Sequence record: ON950054.1
Strand: one strand, 5' to 3'
Origin: Tenacibaculum phage Larrie
DNA: 24,000 bases
The translations under genes were made by a program, and so were the position numbers. The notes under the pieces are model-generated. The model was not told where the DNA came from. It made no database searches and saw only the letters and a program-made list of their open reading frames with translations. Each line of letters begins with the position of its first letter. The stretch's first letter is position 1. This document shows positions 22,269-24,000 of the stretch, piece by piece.

Positions 22269-24000
22269 TTAGATTGTTGTTTTATCCTCCTTAAACTTAA
22301 CTTGTTTTTGAAAAGAGCCGTACTTATCTTCTGAGAACGTAACGTCTCCACTTGAACCACCAGCGACTCTAGCTGAAGCAGTAGAATCTGCGTTGTCTCC
22401 TAAGCTTGAATCTGTTCCAAGTCTTGAGGCATTATTAGCCGATATGTCGTCGACAAGTTCGGGAGTTACTGCGGCAGCTCCACCGCCACCAGCCGCTCCG
22501 CTTCCTGCTGATATATTACCGCCTTTTGCTCCTCCTTTAGATTTTGAAAATCTAGTTTTCTTTATGTCGGCAAGTCCTTTAATAATTGGTGCAACCGTAG
22601 CGGCAGCCCCTAAAGCACCCATAGCAATAGACCAAGGTGGCGCATAGTTTTTTGCAGCCTCTTTGAATGACCCTGCAATCGCTTCAGGCGCAGCAATAAT
22701 CATTCTAGCAACTGCAACCTCTTGAGTAATCCCAAAAGCTTCAGCAGCTCCGTCGATAGTAGATTTTAAAATCTCCTTATCCTTCTTTTTCTCTGCCTCA
22801 ATAGTTGCTCTTCTAAGCTTTTTTTTAGCAGCTTCAGCTTGCGCGTCTATAAGTTCAATCTCTTTGGCTGTTAGTTTTGCGTTTGAGACTTTCTGCGCTC
22901 TTTCTCTTTCGATTAACTCAAGCTCTAAGGCTAAAACATTTTCGCCTTTCTCTCTTCGTCTCTCTAAATCAATTCTGTCTATTTCAAGTTGTGCCTCAAA
23001 ATCCCTCTGTGCCTTCTCTTGCCTTTTAGTCTCCTCTTTTTCCTCCTTGGCTTTTTTGTCCGCTTCATCCTTAGCTATCTTATCAGCTTGCTCTTTCCTT
23101 AAAGCTACTTCATTAACAATCTGCTCTGAACGTTGACCGTTAATTCTTTCCTGAATCTCTAGTAATTTTATTTCTGCGTCACCTACTGCCTCAATAGACT
23201 CTACAGTGATTCCGTCAGCAACTTGCTTAGCTCTTGCTAAACCTAAAGCTTGTTGAGCTAAAGCCTCCTCCTTTTTCAGTTGCTCATCAAGTACAACTCC
23301 AAGCTCTTTATTTGCCTGAATCCTTTTCTCAATGTCAAGTTCTGTGTTGTCTCTTATTTGCCTTAAATCTTCAGCAAGTTTTAAAGATTTTAACTGTTGC
23401 TTCTCTAACGCTATTCTATTATAAGCAAGTGCCTTCTCAGCATTTGCCAAGCTGAACGTAGCGTCAGCAACTTTATTAAAATTCTTTTCTGCCTCTTCTG
23501 CAAACTTTGCGGTTTTATCGGTTATGTCTGTGACACCTGTAGCAAACTGAGTAAGTCCGTCAGTTCCCTTTTTTAAAGCTCCCTTAAAGTCTCCTTTTAA
23601 AAGAAGCGCAAAAGCTTCACCGATTACCATAAATGATTTGACTCTATTTATAAGGTTTTGCTTGATGGACTCTCCAATCTCCTTTAAAGCCCCCATAGGG
23701 TCATTTAAAGCCTTTAAAAGCTTTTCACCTATAAATACTACGACGGGTTCTAGAACTGCCAGCAAACCGTTCATAATACCGCTTAGCTTAGCCCCTATTT
23801 TCCCAAAGGTATCGGAAGCTTTACCGCTCCTTTTAACTGCTGCCTGTAATACTTTAAATATTCCAGTTAATGCTGTTAATGTAAGGACTACAGGATTTGC
23901 GGCAAGTGCTTTAAACTTACTAACAAGACCCCCAGTGGCATCGTCCAAGTTCTCCATGCTACTTTTTGAGTCGTCAAGCTTTGTTTTTAGCTTGTTAACT
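22269..24000 (-). CDS. Tail tape-measure-like protein, N-terminus beyond window edge
   Basis: The track starts at Met 23957, but the frame stays open to 24000 (upstream residues VNKLKTKLDDSKSS). Features: VVLTLTALTGIFKVLQAAVKRSGKASDTFGKIGAKLSGIMNGLLAVLEPVVVFIGEKLLKAL, long Ala/Glu/Lys coiled coil, hydrophobic helices and a Gly/Ala/Ser-rich C-terminus. Confidence 0.7.
   Translation of the reverse strand, partial: VNKLKTKLDDSKSSMENLDDATGGLVSKFKALAANPVVLTLTALTGIFKVLQAAVKRSGKASDTFGKIGAKLSGIMNGLLAVLEPVVVFIGEKLLKALNDPMGALKEIGESIKQNLINRVKSFMVIGEAFALLLKGDFKGALKKGTDGLTQFATGVTDITDKTAKFAEEAEKNFNKVADATFSLANAEKALAYNRIALEKQQLKSLKLAEDLRQIRDNTELDIEKRIQANKELGVVLDEQLKKEEALAQQALGLARAKQVADGITVESIEAVGDAEIKLLEIQERINGQRSEQIVNEVALRKEQADKIAKDEADKKAKEEKEETKRQEKAQRDFEAQLEIDRIDLERRREKGENVLALELELIERERAQKVSNAKLTAKEIELIDAQAEAAKKKLRRATIEAEKKKDKEILKSTIDGAAEAFGITQEVAVARMIIAAPEAIAGSFKEAAKNYAPPWSIAMGALGAAATVAPIIKGLADIKKTRFSKSKGGAKGGNISAGSGAAGGGGAAAVTPELVDDISANNASRLGTDSSLGDNADSTASARVAGGSSGDVTFSEDKYGSFQKQVKFKEDKTTI

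Noticed and set aside
22269-22360. Extended start of the 604-aa ORF at 22360
   Set aside because: The first 31 residues (MVQVETLRSQKISTALFKNKLSLRRIKQQSK) are read over the end of the upstream coding sequence. The Met at 22267 gives a clean junction with the upstream stop and a normal domain start.
1645-23455. Plus-strand ORFs in the supplied track (for example 1645-1926, 2116-2349, 4317-4508, 5571-5765, 9982-10209, 20514-20828, 22393-22647, 22864-23136)
   Set aside because: Nearly all lie antisense to strongly supported minus-strand genes. Their translations are low-complexity Ser/Leu/Phe-rich mirrors of Glu/Lys-rich coding sequence with no recognisable motif.

Overview
This 24 kb AT-rich window looks like one contiguous piece of a tailed phage or prophage genome. 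The lack of Shine-Dalgarno sequences and the A-rich, TTATG-type gene starts suggest a Bacteroidota host, but that is inference. Every gene I can support lies on the minus strand. In transcription order (high to low coordinate) there is: a structural block (tape-measure-like protein open at the right edge, a fused pyrophosphatase-like/ClpP-like prohead protease with a low-complexity scaffold-like tail, a probable major capsid protein and two probable virion proteins); a lysis block (small membrane protein, holin-like protein, M15-type endolysin); and a terminator. A replication/recombination block follows: HNH protein, DnaQ-like exonuclease, DUF3310-containing protein, MazG/HisE-like protein, a tRNA-like locus, a two-gene DnaE polymerase, a HAD-like pseudoenzyme, ATP-dependent DNA ligase, a probable ssDNA-binding protein, SbcD-like, RecA-like and SbcC-like proteins, and a RuvC-like resolvase cut by the left edge. 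The features most worth a second look are: (1) dnaE split into two genes immediately before its catalytic PDIDSDF motif, with about 70 extra residues at the junction; (2) a 138-nt tRNA-like locus with good acceptor and T-arm pairing, a second T-loop and no recognisable canonical anticodon arm; (3) an unlisted 35-aa peptide with a double-glycine leader-like motif in the lysis block; (4) a HAD protein lacking its second catalytic Asp; (5) a row of short hairpins between the protease and capsid genes; and (6) a repeat cluster next to a strong terminator. I found no clear defence system or CRISPR array. All family calls come from reading motifs by eye, not from database searches.
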